DNA of 64,000 nucleotides from Spirochaetota bacterium (GCA_963664815.2 CAXXHB010000003.1:1376001-1440000), one strand, 5' to 3'. Positions 18,261 to 28,811 are shown, counted from the stretch's first letter. Numbers and translations: made by a program. The notes: generated from the letters alone by a model not told the origin.

Positions 18261-18499
18261 TTATTCAACAATTTTATACTTCCCCTTTTTTACATCCTCC
18301 AGTCCTTTTTTATTCCTGAAACAAGTTTAGCATCTTTCATTATTTCAGCCATTTCATAATCAGATACACAGATCTCATTGGTAAGATATGACAGAGAGGC
18401 ATTTTCTATAAAATTTGATATAGTACGACGTTCTCCATCGGCAGCTTTTTTCAGAATATTATAAACATTCTCATCAACGCGAACTGTAATTGTTTTCAT
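18261..18499 (-). pseudogene. RHH antitoxin with homopolymer frameshift; toxin partner lost
   Basis: MKTITVRVDENVYNILKKAADGERRTISNFI; adding one A to the A6 run restores GIKKGLEDVKKGKYKIVE*. Confidence 0.7.
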
Positions 18500-18809
18500 T
18501 TTATCAGCTCTTCAATAATTGCAGTATATTCAATAATATTCAAAGTTTCAAATATTTATTCAAATTTCTACATACGAATTATTCTTGAAAATATAAATCC
18601 AGTTGATTAAAACGCCATTAATATTGTGTCGGGCTGTTGTTCCGGGGGTTATGTCGGGCAGACAGGACGTCAGCATTCCGGCAGACTCAGTTGCCGCCTG
18701 CCGGCATATAACAGGCAGTACAATGTTTGTATTGATATTTCAGGAGAAGTGATGATGTAAAAAATCCAGCCATTATGAATATAATTCTGATTATGAATAG
18801 AGGGTTTAT

Positions 18810-19892
18810 ATGAATAAAATTATCAGAGTGCTGATTCTGTCAGTTCTTATATGTAACTGTTCAACCCAAAAACCGGGTGTAAAAAATGATGATAAGTATA
18901 TTGTGACCGCAAAAAAAGGGATTAACCTGCGGAAGACCCCTGACCGGAAAGGTGAGTATTTGGCGGTAATACCACCAGATGAGCAGTTGATTGTGCTTAA
19001 ATCAACGGATGAAGCTGATGATATAGATGGTATCAGGTCTCCATGGTATCTTGTGAAATATAAAATGTATGATGGATGGGTTTTCGGTGGTTATTTAAAA
19101 AAGATAAGTGATAATAAAAAAGATAACGCTGACAGGGTCAGTAAAGCAATAACCGGCAGTTCTTCAGTCTATGGCATAACCAGAGGGAAGGAGATTCACT
19201 TCAGGCGTTCACCTTACGGGATAACAATGAAAGATCTGAAGGAGGGTGAGGTTGTTTTTATTATTAAAAAGGAAAACTATAATAAGAAACATGGGAAGGA
19301 AGACTACTGGTATCAGGTTAAGAATTTTAACGGAATAACAGGCTGGCTGAAGGATAATTGTGTTTATACACTTGATCCTGAAAAAATACCTGATAAATAT
19401 TATATTCAATTAATACCGCATGAAACAGATAAAGACCCGGACACTACCTGGTACGGCATTAAATTTGAGTTTATGAAAGACCAGAATCTGATTGTATTCA
19501 GATCATGTGACACTGATACCTATTCAGGCAGGATAGTGATGCGTCTGTATGAGGTAATAGATGAAAAAGCGGTTAATGTTTCTTATTGTCTTGATTACTA
19601 TTCTAAAATTCTGGCTGATAACAGGTATATTTTTGTTATAGAGGGTCGCGAAGTTGAGGTTTTTGACAGAAAAATATCCTCCGGATCAGAGGGTTATAAG
19701 TGTTTAGACAGAATCAGTTTTTTAAAACAGGAAGGTATACTGGAAGATGATACTGTTCTGAGTTTTGACAAAAAAGAAAACTGTTTTTATCTGAAACTGA
19801 AAATCCGTAATTATTATACAAAACAGGACTACGAAAAGACTTTCAAATTCGATGGAGAAAAATTCGTAAAAAACGGTACCGGAAATTCATAA
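18810..19892 (+). CDS. SH3b-domain lipoprotein
   Basis: ICNC lipobox; two SH3b repeats (GINLRKTP...WYLV...GWVFGGYL; WYQV...GWL). Confidence 0.75.
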   Translation: MNKIIRVLILSVLICNCSTQKPGVKNDDKYIVTAKKGINLRKTPDRKGEYLAVIPPDEQLIVLKSTDEADDIDGIRSPWYLVKYKMYDGWVFGGYLKKISDNKKDNADRVSKAITGSSSVYGITRGKEIHFRRSPYGITMKDLKEGEVVFIIKKENYNKKHGKEDYWYQVKNFNGITGWLKDNCVYTLDPEKIPDKYYIQLIPHETDKDPDTTWYGIKFEFMKDQNLIVFRSCDTDTYSGRIVMRLYEVIDEKAVNVSYCLDYYSKILADNRYIFVIEGREVEVFDRKISSGSEGYKCLDRISFLKQEGILEDDTVLSFDKKENCFYLKLKIRNYYTKQDYEKTFKFDGEKFVKNGTGNS

Positions 19893-19902
19893 GAAACATG
19901 GA

Positions 19903-20006
19903 CTGGTTGTATAATAAGTTTCAGACGGCCCGAGTTGTACGATGGGAGACTTTCACGTATGGTTCTTATGCGGGACGGGGAGTGAATGCTCCATGACCTG
20001 CCGGAC
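19903..20006 (+). mobile_element. group II intron DV-DVI remnant
   Basis: CTGGTTGTATA..AGACGGCCC GAGTTGTACGATGGGAGACTTTCACGTATGGTTC TTATG...GACCTGCCGGAC, homologous to 3981-4108. Confidence 0.8.
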
Positions 20007-20222
20007 TTGCATATTTATTATTTAAGGAGGAATTACAAAATGCATGATAATCCTGACTATAATTCAGCTCTTGAGTTATTTAAAAAACAAAATATTTTTT
20101 TAGTTTGATGGAATCAATAAAATAGAATAAAATGGCTTATCTTATCCGGGAATAATCTGTTTTATTTAAGGCACAATGGAAAAGGCGGAATGTGATTTGA
20201 AAATGAATAAAGGCTGGTAAAC

Positions 20223-20744
20223 ATGAAAATGAAAAATATGTTAAAAATAATAGTGATACTGACAGTTTTTGTATTCTCTTCATGTGGTCGTAGTGAGAAT
20301 ACAGACAGGTCCTCTGAGACAAAGGCACCACAGGTGTCCGGAGTAAAGACAGAGGCCAGAGTAAAAAATGCTCTGGCATTTATAAATGGATATGTTGAAA
20401 ATGCTGATAAAATGGAAAAAGCTGCAGGTATAACTGACTGGGTTAATTCGAATAATTTATCAACGAAGAGATTTAAAAAGGAGTTGAAAAGATTGATGGA
20501 TGAAGCTTACAGGAAAGGCCCGGAATCAGGAATTGATGCAGACCCGATATTTGATGCTCAGGACTATCCGGACAGGGGTTTTAAGCTTGAATCATTTGAT
20601 GAAAAGACAAATTATATGACTGTAAGCGGAATAAACTGGCCTGAGTTCAAATTGACGATGAAAATTATAAATGAGAATGGAAAATGGCTGGTTGATGGAT
20701 GCGGAATGATCAACATCCCGGAAGATAAAAGAGCTAAGAGATAA
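20223..20744 (+). CDS. hypothetical lipoprotein
   Basis: FSSC lipobox; DADPIFDAQD and ENGKWLVDG motifs (DUF3828-like). Confidence 0.6.
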   Translation: MKMKNMLKIIVILTVFVFSSCGRSENTDRSSETKAPQVSGVKTEARVKNALAFINGYVENADKMEKAAGITDWVNSNNLSTKRFKKELKRLMDEAYRKGPESGIDADPIFDAQDYPDRGFKLESFDEKTNYMTVSGINWPEFKLTMKIINENGKWLVDGCGMINIPEDKRAKR

Positions 20745-20823
20745 AAACTGCACACAGTTGAAGATGTACTGCCTGCATTAAGCTGCAGGTACGTTCTTTT
20801 CAATCTATACCTCGCGGAAGTTT

Positions 20824-20878
20824 TAAATTACATAACTGTTGATTCGGATGAAATAAGATCAACAGTTATGTAATTTTA
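20824..20878. repeat. long AT-rich inverted repeat
   Basis: AAATTACATAACTGTTGAT...ATCAACAGTTATGTAATTT perfect arms. Confidence 0.8.
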
Positions 20879-20900
20879 ATACCGGAATAATTAAATTTAA

Positions 20901-20955
20901 TATCAACACCGGTTGGAAATTGCCGTTTTTTTCAAACGTAATCTCTTTGCCGGTT
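20901..20955 (+). mobile_element. IS21-family-like terminal repeat, copy 3 (diverged)
   Basis: TATCAACACCGGTTGGAAATTGCCGTTTTTTCAAACG...TTTGCCGG. Confidence 0.5.
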
Positions 20956-21240
20956 ATAATGTTGACATAAAGGAAGATAAAAGAGAATTGTAAAAAATAC
21001 TTTGCTGATTCTTATAGTTCGCATCAGACAGGAACAGATTAAAATACAGGCAGATTAATCCGGCAGTATTTTCCTGAAGATTCAGACTTTAAAAATTATC
21101 CGGCGGTGATATCCGATCTGCTGTTAAAATTTAAATAAAAGAACAGGAATACGGATGGGATATTATATGCAAAATGATGTTTTGTAAAGTATTGCACTTG
21201 ATCATTGTATTCATGATATCAATTCAGGAGGATTTTATTT

Positions 21241-22893
21241 ATGAATAGTGACAGAATAAAGAAAGGTTTTGATAAGACCGGACAATGTGCGCTAATTTAT
21301 GCAACAGGCGTATCTCCTCAGTCAATTGACCGGCCATTTGTCGGAATCGCCAGTTCATTCAGCGATCTGGTTCCGGGACATATCGATATGAGATCGCTTG
21401 AGAGACAGATTGAAAAGGGAATTCATTCCGGTGGAGGAAATGCATTCATTTTCGGGTTACCGGCAATATGCGACGGCATCACAATGGGGCATAAAGGGAT
21501 GCATTACTCTCTTCCATCAAGGGAATTGATTGCGGATAGTATAGAATCGGTTGCAACTGCGCATGCTCTGGACGGACTGGTTCTTTTAACCAACTGCGAT
21601 AAAATAACTCCCGGAATGTTGATGGGGGCATTACGGTTGAATATTCCTTTTATTGTTGTTACAGCGGGTCCCATGCTTACAGGTCGATATAGAGGTGAAA
21701 AGCTGACACTTGTAAAGAACGCATTCGAAGCAGTCGGAAGTTATAAAGCAGGTTTTATTAATGATGAAGAACTTCATAATTTTCAACTCGAAGCCTGCCC
21801 CGGAGCCGGATCCTGCCAGGGACTATACACCGCAAACACGATGGCATGCATTTGTGAAGCTATGGGATTGTCGTTGCCGGGTTGCGCGACGGCTTTGGCT
21901 GTTTCTTCAAGAAAGAAACGCATCGCATTTGACAGCGGATTTCAGATTGTTGAATTGATAAAAAATAATATAAATCCTCAAACCATAGTAACTAAAAACG
22001 CTTTTGAAAATGCCATTTTTGTTGATATGGCTCTGGGCGGGTCAACCAATACAGTTTTACATTTACCTGCTATTGCACATGAAGCAAATATAAGTATTGG
22101 CTATCCTGATTTCATTGAAATTGCAGAAAAAGCTGTTTATATTTCCGCGATCCAGCCATCGGGCGACTATGCAATGGAAGATCTGGAGTATGCCGGAGGC
22201 ATACCGGCAGTATTGAAGGCTGTTATGCCGATGTTGAAAAACAATCCGACCGTTTCAGGTATGGATATTATTGAAATAGCTGAACGGGGGGAAATTGTGG
22301 ATACTGATGTCATTCATTCATCAGATAATCCGATTAAAAAAGGTGGAGGGATAGCTATTCTTTTCGGAAACATAGCGCCAGATGGTGCAGTTGTCAAAAC
22401 AGCAGCAATGACTCCGAATATGCGCAGATTCAGGGGTGTTGCCAGACCATTTGATTCAGAGGATGATGCTATGAAAGCGATTCTTGGTGAAACTGTTAAA
22501 CCTGGTGACTGTGTAATAATCAGGTATGAAGGCCCGAAGGGTGGACCGGGGATGCGGGAGATGCTGTCGCCAACCTCTGCTTTGTTCGGGTTGGGACTGG
22601 GAGATAAAGTTGCTCTTTTAACGGATGGACGTTTTTCCGGTGGTACAAGAGGAAATTGTATTGGCCATGTCTCACCTGAAGCATATGAATGTGGTACCAT
22701 TGCCCTGGTTGAAGATGGTGATATTATAGAATATGATGTTGATGCCGGAACTATAAATCTGAATGTTGACCAGATAATTTTAGACAAAAGAAAAAAATCC
22801 TGGCAGGCCCGTTCTCCTAAAGTTACTGCCGGATATTTATCAAAGTATATCAAACAGGTTTCTTCATGTCATCTTGGAGCAGTATGCTCCTGA
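21241..22893 (+). CDS. ilvD: dihydroxy-acid dehydratase
   Basis: [34 protein letters not shown] and TDGRFSGGT motifs. Confidence 0.96.
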   Translation: MNSDRIKKGFDKTGQCALIYATGVSPQSIDRPFVGIASSFSDLVPGHIDMRSLERQIEKGIHSGGGNAFIFGLPAICDGITMGHKGMHYSLPSRELIADSIESVATAHALDGLVLLTNCDKITPGMLMGALRLNIPFIVVTAGPMLTGRYRGEKLTLVKNAFEAVGSYKAGFINDEELHNFQLEACPGAGSCQGLYTANTMACICEAMGLSLPGCATALAVSSRKKRIAFDSGFQIVELIKNNINPQTIVTKNAFENAIFVDMALGGSTNTVLHLPAIAHEANISIGYPDFIEIAEKAVYISAIQPSGDYAMEDLEYAGGIPAVLKAVMPMLKNNPTVSGMDIIEIAERGEIVDTDVIHSSDNPIKKGGGIAILFGNIAPDGAVVKTAAMTPNMRRFRGVARPFDSEDDAMKAILGETVKPGDCVIIRYEGPKGGPGMREMLSPTSALFGLGLGDKVALLTDGRFSGGTRGNCIGHVSPEAYECGTIALVEDGDIIEYDVDAGTINLNVDQIILDKRKKSWQARSPKVTAGYLSKYIKQVSSCHLGAVCS

Positions 22894-23034
22894 GTTATGT
22901 TATTTGTTAAGGTGTAATCAATATATTATCGCTTAATTTTCTTTTAAATTTATTAATTGCAATAATATATCGATACACTTTGATAACAGATGACGCAGGA
23001 TTGCATCAGAATATATTTATTCATGGAGGATATA

Positions 23035-23844
23035 ATGACTGACAGAACAGGTATTCTCTGTTTCTCTGCGACTAATACAACAAAAATAATATGTAATGCT
23101 GTTGCTTCCGGAATGGGATCTGTTAATCCGCTGATTCTGGATATGACTCTTCCGGATAAAAGGGGAGAAATTATTGCTGATGTAAAAACACTGCTGGACC
23201 GGATAGATTATTTAATTGTAGGTGCACCTGTTTATTCCGGCAAACTGCCGCCTGATGTTATAGAGTGTCTCAAAGCTTTTAATGGTTCCGGTAAAAAAGC
23301 TGCAGCGATTGTTGTATATGGCAATAGGGACTATGGAGTTTCACTTTATAATATGGTTGAAATACTTTCTCAAAATGATTTTAATGTTGTTGCCGCAGCT
23401 GCATTTGTTGCCCAGCATTCATATTCGGATATTGTACCTGTTGCAATGGGGCGTCCGGATAAATCAGATATAGAGAAGGCACAAAAGTTTGGAGCACAGA
23501 TATTGTCTGCTTCCGGGCCCCTTAGCCTTAAAGATATTCCGCTTCAGATTGACCAGCATTCAAAGTCGGAAAAATATTCATCTCTAAAACCATCTTATAA
23601 TGAAAAACTATGCATTAAATGCGGAAGGTGCGGTAAGACCTGCCCGGCCGGTATACTGTCATCTGATACGGGCAGATATTTAAACCGATCTGTCAGGAAG
23701 AACTGTATAGGATGTATGGCCTGTGTTAAAAATTGTAAACCTGGAGCAAGGTTTTTAAAAGTGAATCCGGCAGTAAAAATGGTTATGAATAAAATTCTCA
23801 GGCAGGCATCTGCTGAAAGAAAGGAGCCGTTTATAATTATCTGA
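23035..23844 (+). CDS. EFR1-family flavodoxin/ferredoxin
   Basis: FSATNTT, PVY and VYGNRDY motifs plus two CxxCxxCxxxC clusters. Confidence 0.85.
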   Translation: MTDRTGILCFSATNTTKIICNAVASGMGSVNPLILDMTLPDKRGEIIADVKTLLDRIDYLIVGAPVYSGKLPPDVIECLKAFNGSGKKAAAIVVYGNRDYGVSLYNMVEILSQNDFNVVAAAAFVAQHSYSDIVPVAMGRPDKSDIEKAQKFGAQILSASGPLSLKDIPLQIDQHSKSEKYSSLKPSYNEKLCIKCGRCGKTCPAGILSSDTGRYLNRSVRKNCIGCMACVKNCKPGARFLKVNPAVKMVMNKILRQASAERKEPFIII

Positions 23845-24028
23845 CTGGAAAATCAGCCGTATTAAGTATGTTTAAAACAACACAAAAATACGGCTGAAAT
23901 CCGCCGCCAAAGTATCGGCCCGGACATTGCCGCATTGCATCAATAGGCCGTGAAGCTTCAGACGGCCTGAGCCGGGAGATGAAATCAGTACCCTTATTTG
24001 CAGAAGTAGCGGCTGGAGGTTTAAAATA

Positions 24029-24310
24029 ATGAAGATATATCAGATTGATGCTTTTACCAGTGAATGCTTCAAAGGAAATCCGTCAGGGGTATGTATATTA
24101 ACCGATACCGGTAATGTTAATGAAGATCCTGTAACCGGTTCAGCTCATTCATATTTAGCACCGTATTGGTACGGGAAATTAAATAAAAAAGTATTAAATG
24201 CATATCAGGCATCAAAACACGGCGGTGAAATTCAATATGAATTGACAACAGATAAGAGAGTATTGCTTAGATGGAAGGGGGTAACAATTTTTGAAATTGA
24301 AATTGAAAAA
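24029..24310 (+). pseudogene. PhzF-family gene with large internal deletion
   Basis: N-terminal QIDAFT..FKGNP joined directly to C-terminal EDPVTGSAH..LAPYW..YQASKHGG. Confidence 0.8.
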
Positions 24311-24325
24311 AAATCCGGCCAGCCT

Positions 24326-24372
24326 GAAGAGTATCTGCACCGGAGAAAACTGTTTAAGATACCCTTCTTGAG
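24326..24372 (+). repeat. hairpin repeat B, copy 4 (diverged)
   Basis: Preceded by CCGGCCAGCCT (cf. CCGGCCAACCA at 2100); GAAGAGTATCT...CGGAGAA...AGATACCCTTC. Confidence 0.75.
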
Positions 24373-25205
24373 GGTATGCAGAAATGCAGTTTAAAATGCA
24401 ATAACCTTTTATATCGGAGGAATATGACACAGATTAAAACAATCGGAACTTTTAAGGTAATACTGCTTTATGCAATTACTTCATCGCTGATATATTCAGG
24501 ATTATATTTTGTAATTCCTGTTTTATTAAAATCAGGACTTTTATTTTTTCCCTCATATTTAATTACATTTTATCCTGCTTTTATTTTAATGTTTATTCTG
24601 ACTTTTATACTTTTAAAACGGGATGGATACAGTTTACGGTATAATGTTTTATCAGAAAGGCTGAGATTAAAAAAACTGACAAAGAAAGATCTTTGGATAA
24701 CATTACTCCTTTTCATTATATGCATTGGCACATATTTTTTATTATCATTTTCCGGTTCTGTACTTGCAAATATCCCTGTGTTCGCACCGCCCGATTTTTT
24801 CCCCCCTGAGATAAACCCGTTAAAACATAAACTTGTTAATGGAACATTTATGAATTATCCTCTGCTCGGTAACTGGTGGATTCCATTAATATATTTTATC
24901 TGCTGGATTTTTAATATTCTGGGTGAAGAACTGTTATGGAGGGGATATCTCATTCCGCGAATGGAATTGAAATGGAAAAATAATGCCTGGATTGTCAATG
25001 GCCTGCTCTGGTGGGTATGGCATTTTTACTGGAAGTGGAATCTGCTGATTCTTTTACCGACAAATTTATTAATTCCATTCGTTGTTCAAAAAAGAAAAAA
25101 TACATGGATAGGGATAATTGTTCACGGAACTATGAATTTTCTGCCTGTTATTTATTTAATTCTTGGAGTAACCGGTGTTGTAAAATAAACAGCATTCAGC
25201 ATAGC
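24373..25205 (+). mobile_element. decayed gene cassette carrying CPBP protease
   Basis: GGTATGCAGAAATGCAGTTTA versus TAAACAGCATTCAGCATAGC (about 17/21 inverted match). Confidence 0.6.
24424..25188 (+). CDS. CPBP (CAAX/Abi) intramembrane protease
   Basis: GEELLWRGY, WxxWH and HGTMN motifs; GGAGG RBS. Confidence 0.88.
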   Translation: MTQIKTIGTFKVILLYAITSSLIYSGLYFVIPVLLKSGLLFFPSYLITFYPAFILMFILTFILLKRDGYSLRYNVLSERLRLKKLTKKDLWITLLLFIICIGTYFLLSFSGSVLANIPVFAPPDFFPPEINPLKHKLVNGTFMNYPLLGNWWIPLIYFICWIFNILGEELLWRGYLIPRMELKWKNNAWIVNGLLWWVWHFYWKWNLLILLPTNLLIPFVVQKRKNTWIGIIVHGTMNFLPVIYLILGVTGVVK

Positions 25206-25625
25206 AGATGTGTATTTATTAAATAATTCCATTTGTATTCCCCGTGATCAACTGATTCATAAATCCGGTTGTCTGTTGTTATGAACCTGCTTTGCTCTCG
25301 TCTGCAGGGAAAGCCGCTGCACCAAAAACCATGATCAATGCCGCAATTAAACCTGCCGGTTTTACATTGTATTTCATGTTATTCTCCTTTGAAATTATAT
25401 TTTAATGGAAGAATGCAATTACCTGATTAATGATCTTTAAAAACACTTTTGTAAATAGACTTTTTTGATCTCAATTCTCATCAGTCTTATCACCCGGATT
25501 TGAATATATTTATTCATTTGTGTCTCAGATTATGATCATCCTGCCACGGAGTATAATAAGGTCATAGGAGAGCTATTCCTTAAGAACTCCTGTTGCAGGT
25601 GTCTATCATTGATATTGAGTATATT

Positions 25626-28600
25626 TCAAATATTCGCGGGAGCTTCATCCCTTACAAGGATACGACCTTCAGTCGCTTCCCGGAATTTTTCTATATATTC
25701 AAATACAGCAGGTACAACAACCAGAGTTATCAATGTCGAAACAATAACACCGCCAATGATTGAAATTCCCATTGACTGTCGTATCTTTCCGACCTCGCCG
25801 AGTCCGAAGGCAAGAGGGAGCATCCCTGCTATCATGGCAAATGTAGTCATCAGAATCGGTCTTAAACGTCTCTGCCCGGCCTGTAGTATCGCTTCTTTTA
25901 CAGCAAGTCCGGATTTAATACCATGTACGGCGTTATCCACAAGAAGAATCGAATTCTTCGTTACAAGGCCCATGAGCATTATTATACCGATCATGCTGTA
26001 TAGATCAAGCATTGTGTTTGTAATAAACAGTGCAAGTATGGCTCCGGTTAATGCAGGTGGTACTGCGAGAAGAATAGTAACCGGAGTTACAAATGATTCA
26101 TACAGACTGGCCAGAACAAGATACATGAAGACAAAAGCCATAATTAATGCCAAAAGAACACTCGTGCCTGTATCTGAAAAATCTTCTGCTTCTCCGCTGA
26201 AACTGTAATGTATGTCAGAAGGGAGTTTAACCTGATCTTTTATTATAGATTCAGCCTGTTTCATGGCGTTTCCAATTGCGCCGTTACCTTTGAGGTTGGC
26301 TGTAACTTTTACGATGTAGGCTTTATCAAGCCTGCTTATTTTTGAAGAACCTGTGACAAGTTCACTGCCGGCAATCAGGTTCAGAGGAATCATGCGGTTG
26401 TCACTGTTGGGTACTTTAATATTATTGAAGCTTTTCTCAAGATAACGCTGTTCCGGTTTTACACGGATACGTATGTCATAGTTGATCCCTTTATCACGGA
26501 ATTTACCCGCTTCAGTGCCTGCTATACTGTATCTCAATTCAGTTCCGGCTGTGTTAGTTGAGACGCCAAGAGACTTCATCTTTACCGGATCAAATTTAAT
26601 CCGGTACTCGGGATTCCCTTTTTTACAGGTTGTATCAAAATCTGTGAGATCAGGAATAACCTTTATCTTTTCAGCTATTTCACCAGCCCATTTTTCAACA
26701 GACGCACGATCGCTCCCGGAGATAACCATGGTAAATGCATCGTCTTCCGGACCACCTGCTATTGTGGCTATTTTTGGATGTGCATATTCAAACCCTGCAA
26801 GCATTAAGCGGATGATTTCCTTGTTTTCATCTGTAGTTTTATCCCGTTTATGCTTTAAGAAACAGTCAATCTGACCTTTTGTAACCTCCCCTTCGGCTGA
26901 ACCGACAGTAATACCGAAATGATCTATATCTTTATTACTTTTAATTTTGCTGATAATATTATTAACCATATCCTCTGTGCCATTCAGGCTTGTTCCTGAC
27001 TGCATCTCTATTTTTATTGCAAATTCTCCGTTATCCTCTGAAGGGAAAAATGTCTGTTTCACAAACGCCAACAAGCCGAGGCTTCCGAGAAATATGACCG
27101 TTGCTGCAATTATAACTATAAGCTGATGCCGGAGACATATCTTCATAATCCTGGTATAAAGTTTTTCTGCTTTATCCTGCAGTTTTTCAAAATATAGCAA
27201 GATAAAATTATCCGATTTTTTACCTTTACCTGCGAAATAAGCGCTCAAAAACGGCGCAACTGTAAGTGCATCAAATAAACTTACAAGCATAGCAAATGCG
27301 ACTGTAAAGCCGAATTGTCTGAAAAGCTTTCCTATCATCCCGCTGAGCATCCCTATAGGAAGAAATACAGATAGTATAACAAGTGTTGTGGCTATTACTG
27401 CGAGCATAACCTCTTTAGTCCCGATTTCCGCAGCCCTGAATGGATTCATCCCTTCTTCGATCTTTCTGAATATATTCTCTCTGACGACTATTGCATCATC
27501 AACAAGAAGTCCGATAACCAGTGACAGGGCCATCAGTGACATTACATTGAATGTATATCCCAATAAATTAATCATAATAACAGCGCCGAGTAAACTGTTC
27601 GGGATGGCAATTGCGGTTATGAGTGTTGAGCGGGCATTGCCAAGGAACAGGAAAACAACCAGGACAGCCAATAATATGCCAAGTTCAATGGAAGTTACAG
27701 TCTCGTCTATAGCCGCAATTATCTCTCTCGATGAGTCATAGGCTACAATAAGATGAGTATTTCCATTGTCTTTTTTCAGACTATCATTAATATTATTTAA
27801 TTGTTCTTTAATACGTTTCACAACTTCAACAGTATTTTTTCCTGACTGTTTTACTATATCGAGATAGATACATGAATTCAGTTTACCAGGATCTGCTGTC
27901 GTTTTTTTTGAGTTTTTATCATCTGATTTTTTAATATCAGAAAAGTAACATCTGCTTTCAATATCCTTTAAACCATCTTTAACCTCACCCAGAGTATTAA
28001 TACTGACAGCGTTGCCTATTTCTCCGGAAAAAGATATCATGGTGTTTGTAATCTGATCAAAATCATTGAATTCCCCCATAGCCCTGTAGATTGTCTGGTT
28101 AGCACCGTGATCCTTTTTACCAACCGGAATGTTCGAACCGGCATTTTTAATCTGTTCAACAACTCTGGTTAAAGGAATCATATATTCATTCAGTTTGTTC
28201 CGGTCTATTTCTACCTGGATCTCTCTGCGGCTTCCCCCGGTTATATCAACCTTCCCGACATCTTTAATTCTTTCCAGTTTTGGCTTGATCATCTCTCTTG
28301 CAAGGTCGTATATCTGTCCAGGTGGAAGATCCGAAACAAGTGCGAGCTTGATAACTGAACCTGCATTCGGATCAAATCTGGAAAGTACCGGATCAGATTC
28401 AAGATCATTCGGGAGATTGTTTTTGGCTGAATTAATCTTGTCAAGTATCTCCTGCGATATTTTATCCAGGTTGGAATCCATATTAAATTCAAGGGTTATT
28501 GTGGATAAACCCTCTGAGCTTTCAGAGTTAAGATGAAGCAGGCCTGATATTGATCCGAACTCTTCTTCGAGAGGCTTTGTTATAAGCTGTTCAATGTCAT

Positions 28601-28769
28601 CAGGTGAAACTCCGGGATACGATGTAGTTACACCAAAAGCTGGAAATGAAGAATCCGGAAGAAACTCTTTTCCTGTGTTAAAGTATGAAATACATCCAAA
28701 AACAATAATAAGGATAACAATACATGATATAAATACAGGTCGTTTAATTGCAAGTTCAGCTATATTCAT
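25626..28769 (-). CDS. RND efflux transporter permease (AcrB family)
   Basis: IKRPVF, GLLVDDAIVVRENI, KNSILLVD and RLRPILMTT motifs. Confidence 0.95.
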   Translation of the reverse strand: MNIAELAIKRPVFISCIVILIIVFGCISYFNTGKEFLPDSSFPAFGVTTSYPGVSPDDIEQLITKPLEEEFGSISGLLHLNSESSEGLSTITLEFNMDSNLDKISQEILDKINSAKNNLPNDLESDPVLSRFDPNAGSVIKLALVSDLPPGQIYDLAREMIKPKLERIKDVGKVDITGGSRREIQVEIDRNKLNEYMIPLTRVVEQIKNAGSNIPVGKKDHGANQTIYRAMGEFNDFDQITNTMISFSGEIGNAVSINTLGEVKDGLKDIESRCYFSDIKKSDDKNSKKTTADPGKLNSCIYLDIVKQSGKNTVEVVKRIKEQLNNINDSLKKDNGNTHLIVAYDSSREIIAAIDETVTSIELGILLAVLVVFLFLGNARSTLITAIAIPNSLLGAVIMINLLGYTFNVMSLMALSLVIGLLVDDAIVVRENIFRKIEEGMNPFRAAEIGTKEVMLAVIATTLVILSVFLPIGMLSGMIGKLFRQFGFTVAFAMLVSLFDALTVAPFLSAYFAGKGKKSDNFILLYFEKLQDKAEKLYTRIMKICLRHQLIVIIAATVIFLGSLGLLAFVKQTFFPSEDNGEFAIKIEMQSGTSLNGTEDMVNNIISKIKSNKDIDHFGITVGSAEGEVTKGQIDCFLKHKRDKTTDENKEIIRLMLAGFEYAHPKIATIAGGPEDDAFTMVISGSDRASVEKWAGEIAEKIKVIPDLTDFDTTCKKGNPEYRIKFDPVKMKSLGVSTNTAGTELRYSIAGTEAGKFRDKGINYDIRIRVKPEQRYLEKSFNNIKVPNSDNRMIPLNLIAGSELVTGSSKISRLDKAYIVKVTANLKGNGAIGNAMKQAESIIKDQVKLPSDIHYSFSGEAEDFSDTGTSVLLALIMAFVFMYLVLASLYESFVTPVTILLAVPPALTGAILALFITNTMLDLYSMIGIIMLMGLVTKNSILLVDNAVHGIKSGLAVKEAILQAGQRRLRPILMTTFAMIAGMLPLAFGLGEVGKIRQSMGISIIGGVIVSTLITLVVVPAVFEYIEKFREATEGRILVRDEAPANI

Positions 28770-28811
28770 TTTTTACTCCGTGATTTTTTAATGTTATAAT
28801 ATTCATAAATA

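Noticed and set aside
25609-28791. Plus-strand ORFs opposite the RND gene (and similar antisense ORFs over ilvD, katG, ackA, fusA and yihY)
   Set aside because: Shadow frames of well-supported genes, with no motifs or RBS
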